Shown piece by piece: positions 25,701-64,000 of a DNA stretch of 64,000 bases. The stretch spans positions 14,458,414 to 14,522,413 of the forward strand of contig CM119265.1 in assembly GCA_051294375.1 (NCBI GenBank), read 5' to 3'. Below the pieces are notes generated by a model that was not told the DNA's origin, did not search any database, and saw nothing but the letters and a program-made list of their open reading frames with translations. The translations under genes were made by a program, and so were the position numbers. Source of the DNA: Paraspadella gotoi. Lineage: Eukaryota > Animalia > Chaetognatha. The stretch's first letter is position 1. The number at the start of each line of letters is the position of its first letter.

Positions 25701-27397
25701 TTTTTAGATGTTTGTTTACTACGTGTATGCTTTTATCTAGAACAATTTCTTTACTTGGAATGCCGTATTGTGATAATAAGATCTGACCTTTTTTTGTAGT
25801 GTTTTTAGATATAACTTGTATTGATTCAAACTTGACAAATCTATTAATAATATCCAGTTTCCGTCCGAGTTTCATATATATTTAGATTTCAATCTCTGAT
25901 ACCCATTTGACCTGGTTTAGCTCGCAGAATTGATTGAAAGATTTCCAGGAAATTTCAATTTTAAAAAAAATCGAATCTAGTATTTCTTTTCGCAATGAAG
26001 GAACCATGGTCTTCAGTTGAAAACTAAGATTGAAGTAATCAGAGGTAATAAGTAAAATTCTTGAACCATTTTTAACAGAAAAAAAAAAACGGTTGTTGCA
26101 TGCGAGAATTATAAAGCGAATATCGAGGTGGTCTTCCAGACTAGAATATCAGATAGATTGTCACTTGTATTTATCACCTGTTTGTTTGGACGCCACCTCT
26201 TTTTTCGTTGAGGAAAGTTTTGTCTGTAACTCGTTGAATCCTTGCGTATGAACGTAAACATTATTAGCACACATGTTTGATTATGCTTAAAAGCCATTTG
26301 AATAAAAAATGAGACATTTTAAAAAGGAAAATTAAGTTATGGAAATAATTTGAAGTTTTGATTATAGAAAAATTTTATTTTAGCAGATTGTCTCGTTTTT
26401 TAACTTGTCATTTGGACTACATCATGTTGTTTCCCAAATCATAAAATCGTTTTTCGCTTTGAGGTTTTTAACTGCCAAGTAATTAAAGCCAGGTTATTTA
26501 GTATGTCAATTTACCAACATTGTGCTCGCTCGTAATTATTTTTGAGTCAGTATTTGCGCTCTATGCTTTTGAAGATGCTTAAAATACCGATGACTCAGAA
26601 GTTTAAATTTACTAAAATAGTTTTTTTTGGAGCAGAAGACATTTAAGTTTTAACTGGGCATTTTTACTCTTGCCCCTGACTTTGGACAGGCTCTGGTGGT
26701 TTAAGCTTTAAGGCCTCCATCACACTTACAAGACTTGCAAGCTTTCAATCAAGACTTTCTTAGTCTCGTGGTATAATGTCTCAATGAATGTTTCAATTGT
26801 ATAAGAAGACTACTCCTATAAGTATTTGTATAAGTATATTTAATAGAGCGTAGTGAAAGTTATGTATGAAAATTCTAAAAGTACCACCAATGAACATTCA
26901 TTTATAAAAAAAAAATTAATTTTGTTAATTTTCACAGTAGGCTATATTAATTAAGGCAGAACAGGTTACGATCTAACAGAAGTCCGGTATAAATATTGTT
27001 AATGTGTTTATTAAAGATCTTGAAAATAAAAAAAAATTTAAGATTTATCTTATAGTTAAACGCAAAGAAGCTATTTTATATTATCCAAATACTATATAAT
27101 ATCAAAATATTTTTTTAATGGATTCTGATAAAGCTTCAAAGGTGAGATGATGGTTATTATTATAACTTTTTGAAATTTTAATGATTTATCTTTGAAAATT
27201 AACAAAAATTATAAAATTTAAAGAATGATGATGATTTTTTAAGGTTTTTCAAATTTTCACCATTTGTAGTATTAACTTTTATCTAACTTTTTAATCTTTA
27301 TCAGAATCCATTTTGAAAAATTTAAATTATATTTTTTAAGCATTTCTTATATATTGTTAAATATTAAAATGCTTCCATGCATGAGGAAAATTAATTT

Positions 27398-27628
27398 AAT
27401 CAAAATCTATTAGAAGAGGTTTGAAATTAATTTCAACAACGATTTTTATTAGTATTGGACATGTTTCGGCTTAGGTACAAGCCTTCATAAGCGTTTGAAG
27501 GCTGATGAAGGCTTGTACCTAAGCCGAAACATGTCCAATACTAATAAAAATCGTTGTTGAAATTAATTTCAAACTTCTTCTAATTGTCACTACACAACGA
27601 AAAAAAAGGATTACAATCGAAATCTATT
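27398..27628 (+). mobile_element. Penelope-like pLTR remnant: inverted repeat with minimal hammerhead motif and TSD
   Basis: 80-bp arms at 27409-27488 and 27505-27584. Motif CTGATGA-aggctt-gtacct-aagcc-GAAACATGTC at 27502-27535. About 30-nt tail; TSD aatc(a/g)aaatctatt. Confidence 0.7.
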
Positions 27629-28550
27629 GTGTTAATCCTTTCGGCTTCTAATAATCGAAATCTAATATCTTAAGGAAATTTGGTTGTAAAAAGACAAAAA
27701 ACTTTTATTGCAGACTTTTTCATGTTTAAAAAGTGTTAAATTCTGGCCCGCCTTAATATTTATATATAGTACTATCCGTGTTTCAGTTGTAGTACGTTCA
27801 CATGTAACGTCAAAGTTCAAAGTATTTTAATTTTAGCCTATGTGAACAGAATATTTTTTCAGGAAAAGAACCTTTGAATTTTAAGCATTCCTTAAAAGTG
27901 TTAGTTTTGCATTAGAGATAGTTTTATATTTTAATTCAGATAAAAAATACGTGCCAACAGCATAGGGCCTTTCTTGTGTGAAAGTGAAACGGAATTTTAG
28001 CCAGTATAATAAGAGTGATGTTAAGTATTTATAACTGTAAACGAAACAAGTCTAGTTAAACTTGATATAAGAAAGCATTATTTATAAATGCATATATACT
28101 ATTGTAGTTACAATTTAAAATTATAAATATGACGAATGGTCAAGAATTAAAATGACCAACTTCAAGTGAGTAACTAAGCTACGCGAGCTGCTCTCTCGAA
28201 ATACAATATAGAATAAGCCCAACACAAGGGTTTTAAAGGCACTGCTTTCTCTCTGCTTAAAGGATAGAAATTGCCTAATGTAGTGAACTGGGATAATTTT
28301 ATGGAGAAAATAAAAGCGACGATTTGTGAATTAAATGAGAAAAATAAACTGTAATTCCAAGGTGTTGCGCCGTCTTACTAATAAAACGTAAGCATAAAAA
28401 TTGTCTCATCGATTAGTTATGAAGCATAATTTTCTGTTCTCATGACCCATTTTAAGGTAATCACTTATTAATGAAATTGATTCAGTAGTATAAGGTATAG
28501 CTGTTAAATATGGAAGTGGGATAGACAGACCAATCGAAAAGTGACTTATG

Positions 28551-28729
28551 AAGAGACAGTAATAGTTGTTATGAGTTAGTGACAGAAATGTTCAGTCCCT
28601 GACTTAGGATCAGGCTGTAAAACCGTATTACAGGCGGGTTAACCCTGGACCTTTGGGTTGGAAGGCGAATGACTTGCCTCCTGCACCAATGACCGCTGAT
28701 GAACGGTTAGTGGATTTTAGTCCACCATA
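28551..28729 (-). mobile_element. tRNA(Gly)-like SINE copy
   Basis: Reverse complement is highly similar to 62793-63023; tRNA-like head ...tggtgcaggaggcaagtcattcgccttccaa... Confidence 0.6.
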
Positions 28730-28781
28730 CTTATATACTATATATAGTTTCACTGTGATTAGTAGTTTACTATATTAAACT

Positions 28782-28940
28782 GGGTAACATTTTACTTTCG
28801 CCGACCGGGGTTTTGGCGTCTTTTTAAAAAAAATTAAAACCTAATTACTCTAATCCTAACCACCTCTAACCCTAAACCAAACCTGAACAACCCTTAACCC
28901 TAAACCCCCCAAACGCCGGTCGGCGAAAGTAAATTATGCC
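28782..28940. mobile_element. Small inverted-repeat element with internal telomere-like (CCCTAA) repeats
   Basis: IR tttactttcgccgaccgg / ccggtcggcgaaagtaaa enclosing degenerate ctaaccctaaacc arrays; second copy at 40035-40221. Confidence 0.75.
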
Positions 28941-29817
28941 TTAGTCTTAGTCTAAGACTTAAACGGGTTAGCATTGAAAATAATTTTAAGCCTTTGTTTT
29001 TTTTCTATTGTCTTGTTAGATATGGAAGTGCGGAGTAATACGGAACACTTGAAAGAAATCAAACTTTTCGCATACTAAATATATTTTTAACTAGGCTTCC
29101 AATGAACGTTTTAAGCATAATAATTTATAAATTTAATAGTGTGTATAATTTAATTTGTGGATAAGGAGCTAAGTGGGCTGAAGACTACTATCGGTAACTT
29201 CTATGCCCCCTCAGCAGCCAATCGAACGGGTCCACGGCTTGGAACCAGGCTTGAGGGTTTTTCTGAGAGCAAGCTATTGACGAAATCATATTCACATAGC
29301 CTTTTACATTTATTAGCCATTTTGATCTATTTCGCACTATTTATTAAGTTTTGTTATGTTTAATAATTTTTTTCGACTTTAATAATATGTTAAAATTTGG
29401 TTTGCATTTATTTTTTTAGAGCCATTATTAAAAACAATAATAAACATTATTAGATTTAGATAAAAAAGAAATTCGACGGTTTGGTACGTACTTGAGAGGA
29501 ATTTGTCGGAAATGCCGTAAGTTTATTGTATTCGTTATTTCCAGTCCCGTCAAATGTTAGTTACATTGGTTGTATCGATTTCATATATACTTTTTTGCTT
29601 TTTGTCATATTACCTTTTTAATATTCCAACGCCGTCATGAAAGATAAATCTGCTAGTGCTACTCTAATTCGTTTAGAAATAAAATCTAGCTAAGCTGCTA
29701 AAACATTTTTTTTATTCTTCAGACTTAAATTATTGCAAAATTAGTTAATTTAGTGCTACACAGGATAAATTACCGCCTGTTATTTTCTAGGTTTAAAACG
29801 TTGATCTATCTACTGGT

Positions 29818-30387
29818 CAGTAAGGCGTAGTGAAAGTTACATACGAAAATTCTAAAAGTCAATTATGAACAATATACCATCAGTGAATATTAATTTATAA
29901 AAAAAAATTAATTTTGTTTTTTTAATTTTTGCAGTAGGCTATATTTATATATAGTACTATCCTTATAAAATCGAAAAATTTCAAAATAGGCTTTTTTTAA
30001 TTTTGATTGCAGATTTGAATTCCTCGTCAAAAGTTGATATAAGAAAATATAAATATTTTTTTAAAATTCTTTCATTAAGTGGGTTAAAAATTAAAAAAAC
30101 TATATTTAATATATAAAAAGTCAATTTTAACTTCAAATATAGCTTATTCTAATTTTTGACCCACTTAATGAAGGAATTTTTTAAAAAGAGTTATATTTCT
30201 TTTTACCAACTTTTTATGACGAATCCAAATCCAAATTAGTATTAGTATAAATATGGCCTACTGCATAAATTGTAAAATTTATTATAATTTTTTTATTACA
30301 TAAATGTTCATTAGTATAATGTTGTTCGTTCCTCACTTTTAGAATTTTAATTAAAGTTAAATTTAAAAATTTTACTACGCCTTACTG
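29818..30387. mobile_element. Fold-back/MITE element
   Basis: TIR cagtaaggcgtagt / actacgccttactg with long imperfect arms; related terminal fragment at ~26848-26947. Confidence 0.6.
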
Positions 30388-30762
30388 GTCAGTTGGGTTA
30401 AACGTCCTGTCCCGCTTACAAGCATTGACACTAAAGGGTGAACTTAGGTAATATTTTGCCTTATTAACTGAGCAAAGTGTTACTCAAATAACCTAGGTAA
30501 CAATATATTCCATTTTTTTGTTTTATTTCTTTATTAACTCTACTTTTAATTGGCAATATAGTTAATTAGTTATTTCGGTGTGAAAAAAGTGGTTACATTT
30601 TTTTGCGGCGCAGTGATTTTTAATTTCGAAATTCAAATAACCAGTACTTGTTTGTTTTCTGATTAATCATATAAAAAAATTAAGAAAATACCTATGACTT
30701 TTCGTGTCACTGGATATTACTAAGTTTAATTGGTTTTGAAGGAGCTTATCGTTTCTATGACT

Positions 30763-31716
30763 TCAAAAATTTGAATTATGTTCCTCGGGGAGGCTAGCAA
30801 ATCGGAATACTTCCCCTGGAAAGCTCGATCTAAGAACGGTGGCCACACTGTGTTCAAATTCCGGTGACCCCGCTACGAAAGCCGCCATCGGTTTGGCGTC
30901 TGAAAAGTTTTTTGCAATCATTTGAATCGAATTCGCGTCCAGTCGCGATGACGTAGCTATTTCCCTGTATCGTTTTTTGAGACGCAGCGTCTCTTCTGAT
31001 TCAGCGCTAAAATAATATTCCGCTTTGAAGTTCCAAAAGCTTGTCCACTCGGCCAGCCTCTCCCTTAACATCAAGTCTTCATAGCTCCTACATCCGTAGA
31101 TGAGCGTCATTTCGGTTTCATCATCGTCGTCACTTAATATATTTTCTATGTACGGAATTAAGGCGGCGATAGCAACGCCTATGGAGAGCATGAGAATCTT
31201 CGAAAAACGGTTCCGTCGATATGTCATTCCTCCACAAGGACCCCTGAGCTTCAACGAGTCTCCTTGCTTCAGAAACCCGGCAAAGTGAGACAATTTTCCG
31301 CCGGGCTTTAACTTTATCATAATTGTCATCGATCTGTCGGCGATGTCAAAGGGTGTCAGTTGACGAACAACATATTCGCCGAGGCGGGTTTGGAACCGTA
31401 CGATGACGTGATGACCGAGATCAAGGTTCGAGAGATTTCGTCTGGAGTCTCGTGGTCCCGCAATTATTTCGATTACGTCATGAGTTAAAGTTTTAACGTT
31501 TTGTACGATAAATTCCGTGTATTGATCGTGAGCGAGTGCAGGACGCAACGTTTCAGAAATCGATGATGACGGATTTTGCAGCAAAGTGCATTCCCTCTCC
31601 CAAAGCGTCAATTCCTGGTCGTAAAGATCGAACACGCACGGAGCACAATCTCTTCCACAGCAGTCTTCTGACGATGGCTTCGTTGGTGGAAGAGGAGGAA
31701 CAAAAGGAATTTCCAT
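30763..31716 (-). CDS. CYB5RL: NADH-cytochrome b5 reductase-like protein, intronless
   Basis: Single ORF with first ATG at 31716. N-terminal oxidoreductase-like Cys motif PxKP..DCCGRDCAPCVFDLY, FAD-binding segment (VVRQLTP..IKLKPGGKLS..LRGPCG) and NAD-binding segment (MLSIGVAIAAL, LIYGCRS, VAGSPEF). Confidence 0.88.
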   Translation of the reverse strand: MEIPFVPPLPPTKPSSEDCCGRDCAPCVFDLYDQELTLWERECTLLQNPSSSISETLRPALAHDQYTEFIVQNVKTLTHDVIEIIAGPRDSRRNLSNLDLGHHVIVRFQTRLGEYVVRQLTPFDIADRSMTIMIKLKPGGKLSHFAGFLKQGDSLKLRGPCGGMTYRRNRFSKILMLSIGVAIAALIPYIENILSDDDDETEMTLIYGCRSYEDLMLRERLAEWTSFWNFKAEYYFSAESEETLRLKKRYREIATSSRLDANSIQMIAKNFSDAKPMAAFVAGSPEFEHSVATVLRSSFPGEVFRFASLPEEHNSNF

Positions 31717-32534
31717 ATTTTTTTTGCTAAAAATTTCACTCAAAAGGTAAAATAAAAGTCTAGTGAAATTCTATGCGGTCATTGCGATCTGTATTGCATT
31801 AAGCAAAATATAACATTTACCAAAAAAAATAAATTCCAGTTGGAAGAGATTTCCTAGTGGAATAATAATTTAACAATTTTTGCATATGACCGACGAGAAA
31901 TAACGTTTTTACTTTTAAGTTAAGCCCCAGTTTGCCACTCCTATTGCCTTCCATCTCTCCAAAAGTCCGTTAAATTAAAAAATACTTTGTGAATATTATT
32001 CTTTATAACGAGTCCAATTTAAAGGCATCCACATTCTGACTGCAGTATAAACAAATGTACCAAAATACTTGACCAAAAGCAGTGAGCAATGGAATTAACG
32101 AACAATTTGTTACATGGGATGTATTTTGCAAACAACTTTGCAAGTAGCTAATTCACTTGTGCGTTACATTACTAATTCTCACGAATTCCTTTAATTCTGA
32201 TTGTTATGACGTCCGCTATTTTATTAACCTTCCTTCAACGAGGTTACTTTACTTTTAAATTTAATTGCGGCGCTGACTGTCCGAAGGCCAATCGTCTAGA
32301 TTATTATCCTATAGGAAAAAAGATGTACGTAGTTTTCTGTAAATATGAAATCTTGTAACGGCTTTCCAGCATACTGCAATCATGAAAAAATCAGCTTCTT
32401 AAAGCTGAGTACAATGTTTTACATGTATTATCAAGACTCAAGTTGTCATTGTGGAACAAAGCAACCAGAAAAAAAAATCGAATACTAATAATTCACAGCA
32501 TCATAACGTAATAGTTTTCGAGCGACGAGTCTTG

Positions 32535-35500
32535 TTATGATTTGATATTCTTGGTCCCTTTAGATGTTCCCCCTTTGTTGGCTTGGCCGTCCAACGCTGA
32601 CGACCCGGGGTTTCCTTCGATCTCAACGTCGTCGGGGTGACACGCAACACGCTCAATGTCGTCTAAACTAGAATTTTCCACTCGTTGTTCTAAATCCTAA
32701 TTAGGTAAAAAGAATTAATTTGAAAGGATGCTCCATTTCCAGTCGAGTGTTGCACGATTTTTAAAAATTATTATTTTAATACTTAATTAATAATTGTAGA
32801 GTCATCGCATGTACTGTTTAAATAAAAGAAATTACTGCGCTTGAACCCAAATTCGACGTTTCTTAATCAATTAAGTCAATTTTAATTTAAAGATTATCCC
32901 CTGCAAATAGTGATTAAAGATTTTAGCAGTGTTCCAAGAGTTTCCAACCTTGCAGAATTGGTCAACGATCTTGTCTAAGTCGCTTGGAGAGAAATGCGGC
33001 TTCAAATCTATCCGAAGTTGCTCGACCAAGCGAGTCTTGGCCTTTGACTCTTCTAAGCGGAAGGCTCTTCCTTCGGGCTTTTTGATGGTCAAGTGAATCT
33101 TCGTGCCGGCGACAATATCGTAATCACAGAGACACTGAGCGTCCGCCAGAATCTTACCCTGAATAAATAAAAATGAAACAAGTTTGAGCAAACAATGTCG
33201 GATCGGCCTACGAAAATTAATTAATTAATTTTAATATTTAATAATTATAAATTTATATACAGCTTATCATCATCGATGTCCTTAAAATAAAGTAAATATG
33301 ACTTATATTTTTTCCATTTAAACTCATTTCCACTGGCACAAATCCGTCAAAACTTTATATCTAGCTTCTTCACACATTTCCTTCCCGCTCACAAAATTTC
33401 ATCTCAATCTATTATAGGTTAAAATAAGTAAAAAGAGTCAAGTAAATGTGACTCATATTTTTTTCATTTAAACTCATTTCCACTCGTACCGAAACTTTAT
33501 ATCAAGCTTCGTCACACATTTTCCTACCCACACACAAAATTTAAACTCAATCTATCCATCCAATTATTATTAATTAGAGTATTTATTGGTTAAAATAAGT
33601 AAAAAGATTTTAGTAAATGTGACTTATGTTTTTTCCATTTAAACTCATATCCACTCACACGATTCCATTGAAACTTTATATCCAGCTTCATCACACATGT
33701 TCCTACCCATACACAAAATTTCATTCCGATCCAACCAGCCAATCACGAGTTATTGGTGCTTTTTGCTAAGGTGGGACGGATGGATGGATTGATTGACAGA
33801 TTAATTAATGATTAATTAATTGACTAATTGATTAATTAATTATTTTATTTATTAATACATCCTGCATATACATTTAATATAAAAGGAAAAAAAATCATAA
33901 TCGATTAGTGAAACAGGTTTTTTGTTTTTTTCCATTTAAACTCATTTCCACTCAAACGATTCCATCGAAACTTGGTTTCCTGTTCATACACACACTTTAC
34001 TACTCGCATACAAAATTCCAGGTCAATCGCCCCATCCACTCATGAGCAATTGGTGTTCAAATAGTGAATTTTTTTTTTTTTTTCCATTTAAACTCATTTC
34101 CACTCGGACGATTCCATCGAAACTTTATATCCAGCTTAATCACACACTTCCCTACCCACACACAAAATTTCATTTCAATCCATCCATCCAATCACGAGTA
34201 ATTGGTGTTTTTTGCTAAGGTGGGACGGACGGACAGACGGACATCATTTTTTTTGCATAATTTATCATAATTCGATGTTCTGACATGATATAAGTTAATG
34301 CCCGACAATATTGAGGGGGCAGACCGACGGACCGACAAAGTGAATTATAGAGTCGGGATCTGCTGATAAGCAGATCCGACTAAAAAAAAATAAAAATCAA
34401 AGGCTTTCTGAAAAAAGTATTGCGAAACAAATTACTAACAACGGCTAGGCGAGGCAACGCTTCTGAAACTTTTACGAAATCAATTTCTTTAGGTTTAGTC
34501 AAGAAAAAGGGAATAAAATAGCGGCATAGGCAACAAAATAGGCATAACCAAATCCACTCTTATTTAAATTCTGAATTCTTTCTTCGAGGTTAACGTCTAT
34601 TATCGAAATCAAATAAGATGGGGGACGAAGAGGCCCCTGCTGAAGGAGCCGAAATGAACCCCAAGCCTGGTTGGTTTCCAACTTGAGGTGTATTTGTTTA
34701 TACTCGTGGACGCTAATCCTTTCCTTTTTCTTAGGCGAAACTAAGAAAAAACAAACTTTTGCCGAGGGAGTCGCGGAAGCCAAAAGAAACAACAAAGGCG
34801 GATCCTTCGTCAAGAGCTACTTTTTAGTTTTGTGCGGTAATAAAAGAGCTACAAGAATACTATACCCCAGAGGGCCTTTGTAAGACGACTTTCTTAAAGC
34901 TTATACCTACTGACATTTTTCCAGCAACGACCGCGATTACCATTTGCCTCTTGCTATTAATGTCCATTCCAATCACCATGATAGGTGAGGTTCTAGAAGA
35001 AAAGCGGTACACGACTACACGTTCTCTTTTCACGCTTTGTTCAATCTATTACCTCTACAGGAATGGGCGGTGCCTACATTGACAAGTGTCCCCGCGAAAG
35101 GATGATCCCCATATTCCTCATAGTGTTCGGGGTTTTCGCCGTGGTCGCCATATTGTTGTCAATTCCGCTTCATTGTCAGGCTTCCCACTATCACAGTGAC
35201 GAGAAACATATCCTTCTGATCTGCCTCTGCTGCGTCGTGTGCGTCTTCGAGATCTTTCTCTTCATCTGGTTCCTCGCCGGAAACGTCTGGGTTTTCAGGT
35301 GTGCTTTTCCTGACGGGAGCGACTTTCTAAATCCGTAGCCGTCATGTCTTTTCTTTTTCGCTCTCAGGATAAACATGCCCACACAAGCGGAATGCGACAC
35401 AGACCTGTACCTCTTCTCATTTTGGATCATTATCGTCATCTACATCCTTGTCATACTCTTAATCGTCATCCTTTGCTGCATAACTCTCATTATCATTGCA

Positions 35501-35717
35501 AAAGCCAACAAGTCAGTTTCGAGATAAGACATTCGTATAGTTTAACGTGAAATAATGGATTTTCCTTCCTATTCCTTACCTTAAAGACAAGCCGCTGATG
35601 ATCAACAGGCACGTCAAAATGACGCGAAAGAAGACGCTTGATAGCGGAGATGGTGTAGTCGGCCTCTACTTCCAAGTCACACTCTTGGCCGGCGATGAAC
35701 TTGATGGTCACGATCAT
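32535..35717 (-). CDS. UBL4A: Ubiquitin-like protein 4A (exons 35717-35580, 33158-32949, 32696-32535)
   Basis: MIVTIKFIAGQECDLEV...QRLVFK|GKILAD..LCDYDI..IHLTIK UBL domain, plus the C-terminal motif HFSPSD..IVDQFCK|DLEQRVENSSLDDIERVA typical of UBL4A/Get5. Confidence 0.9.
33176..34390 (-). mobile_element. HINE/DINE-1-like element, family B, with internal ~150-170-bp tandem repeats
   Basis: Head aaacaagtttgagcaaacaatgtcggatc; (GACG/GACA)n microsatellite, which is GTCY on the minus strand; end hairpin agtcgggatctgc-tgataa-gcagatccgact followed by an A-run. Five ttttttccatttaaactcatttccac units. Further copies at 40261-40940 and 50092..59080. Confidence 0.7.
34618..35527 (+). CDS. TMEM272: TMEM272-like four-TM membrane protein nested antisense in UBL4A intron 1 (5 exons)
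   Basis: MGDEEAP..|..FLVLC|ATTAITICLLLLMSIPITMI|GMGGAYIDKCPRERMIPIFLIVFG...FIWFLAGNVWVF|RINMPTQAECDTDLYLFSFWIIIV...SVSR*. The CP..IP..LIV, WF.AGNVWV and C...LY.F.FW motifs match the TMEM272 family, and all junctions are GT-AG and in frame. Confidence 0.8.
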
Positions 35718-36382
35718 ATCGATGGTTTTTATTTATTTATTTTTTTTTTTAATATGGGATTAACGGCGAAGAGACGCGCGCGACACGAAAATCTTAATCT
35801 TCCCTCTTGAAATTTTTTAGTCACTTTTTTTTAAGTAATAAAACGTAATTTATTCTGTGTAGTTGTGTGCTATATTTTAGCATTTATGAGTGTGAGTGGA
35901 TAGAGCGAGACAGAGCGAGAGTCACTCAGATTCGGTTTGGTCGGTAGACGTCACCTCCTCCTCTTTGTTGACGAGTCACGACGACGACGACGACGCGAAC
36001 AAAAAGACAATCCAATTCTCGACTCATTTTTTTGCTCCGTCGGACGAAGACGAAGAACTCTGGACTTAGTCTGCACTCATCCAAGCCGCAGCAGCCGCTC
36101 CTCCACCCTGTTCCACGGTTTCCGACCCCCACCACCTCCGGGTTATCTCGTGCCGAGATAGATTATCGAATTAGAAACGAAGGTTAAGTTCGGTGAAATT
36201 GAAATGGACAAAGTTTGGTATTTTGCACTGCACGACGAAGCATCGAGAAAAGGAAGGTTTCCTTCCACGCTGGCAACTAGGGGCGTTCGACGACTTTTGC
36301 CTCCGAAGTAGCGAAAGGCGAAAGAGAAAATATATCTTCCTCTCGGGTTCGAACGACTCGGCACCGCTCAACTGATTTCCTG
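35718..36382. promoter_or_regulatory. Probable bidirectional promoter/5' UTR region between divergent UBL4A and ACO1
   Basis: Head-to-head start codons about 665 bp apart; CpG-rich relative to the flanks. Inferred from gene geometry only. Confidence 0.45.
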
Positions 36383-63976
<27,594 letters not shown>

Positions 63977-64000
63977 GTAAGCCGTGGGGGGGGGGAGGTT

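Noticed and set aside
35900-36382. Iron-responsive element or N-terminal extension upstream of ACO1
   Set aside because: The only CAGWGH-like hexamer I noticed (cagagc at 35911) has no supporting stem, and the upstream frame has a stop and no ATG. The whole window was not scanned exhaustively for IREs.

Overview
AT-rich, intron-rich eukaryotic DNA, most likely a draft assembly of an invertebrate animal, with four N-gaps. Genes reconstructed by hand from exons: HYI (+), a KCC-type K-Cl cotransporter (+, about 19 kb), an intronless CYB5RL (-), UBL4A (-) with a TMEM272-like gene nested antisense in its first intron, and cytosolic aconitase/IRP1 (ACO1, +, runs off the window). Three ACO1 introns each host a complete antisense multi-exon gene: a Pro-repeat/ankyrin protein, an MBOAT1/2-type acyltransferase and a MATH-BTB protein. 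The most unusual observation is in the nested MBOAT. It keeps its catalytic motifs, but the roughly 10-aa loop between GFGY and WDL is expanded to about 440 acidic residues, built from phase-0 micro-exons and a tandemly duplicated ~120-aa helical module. An 8-kb inverted second copy (50883-58783) of the MBOAT/ACO1 segment is full of 1-bp indels and is probably an assembly artifact. Introns and intergenic DNA hold Helentron/DINE-1-like elements, Penelope-type fold-back insertions with minimal hammerhead motifs, MITEs (one family with telomere-like CCCTAA repeats), a tRNA-derived SINE and a non-LTR fragment. Family assignments come from recalled motif similarity, not database searches.
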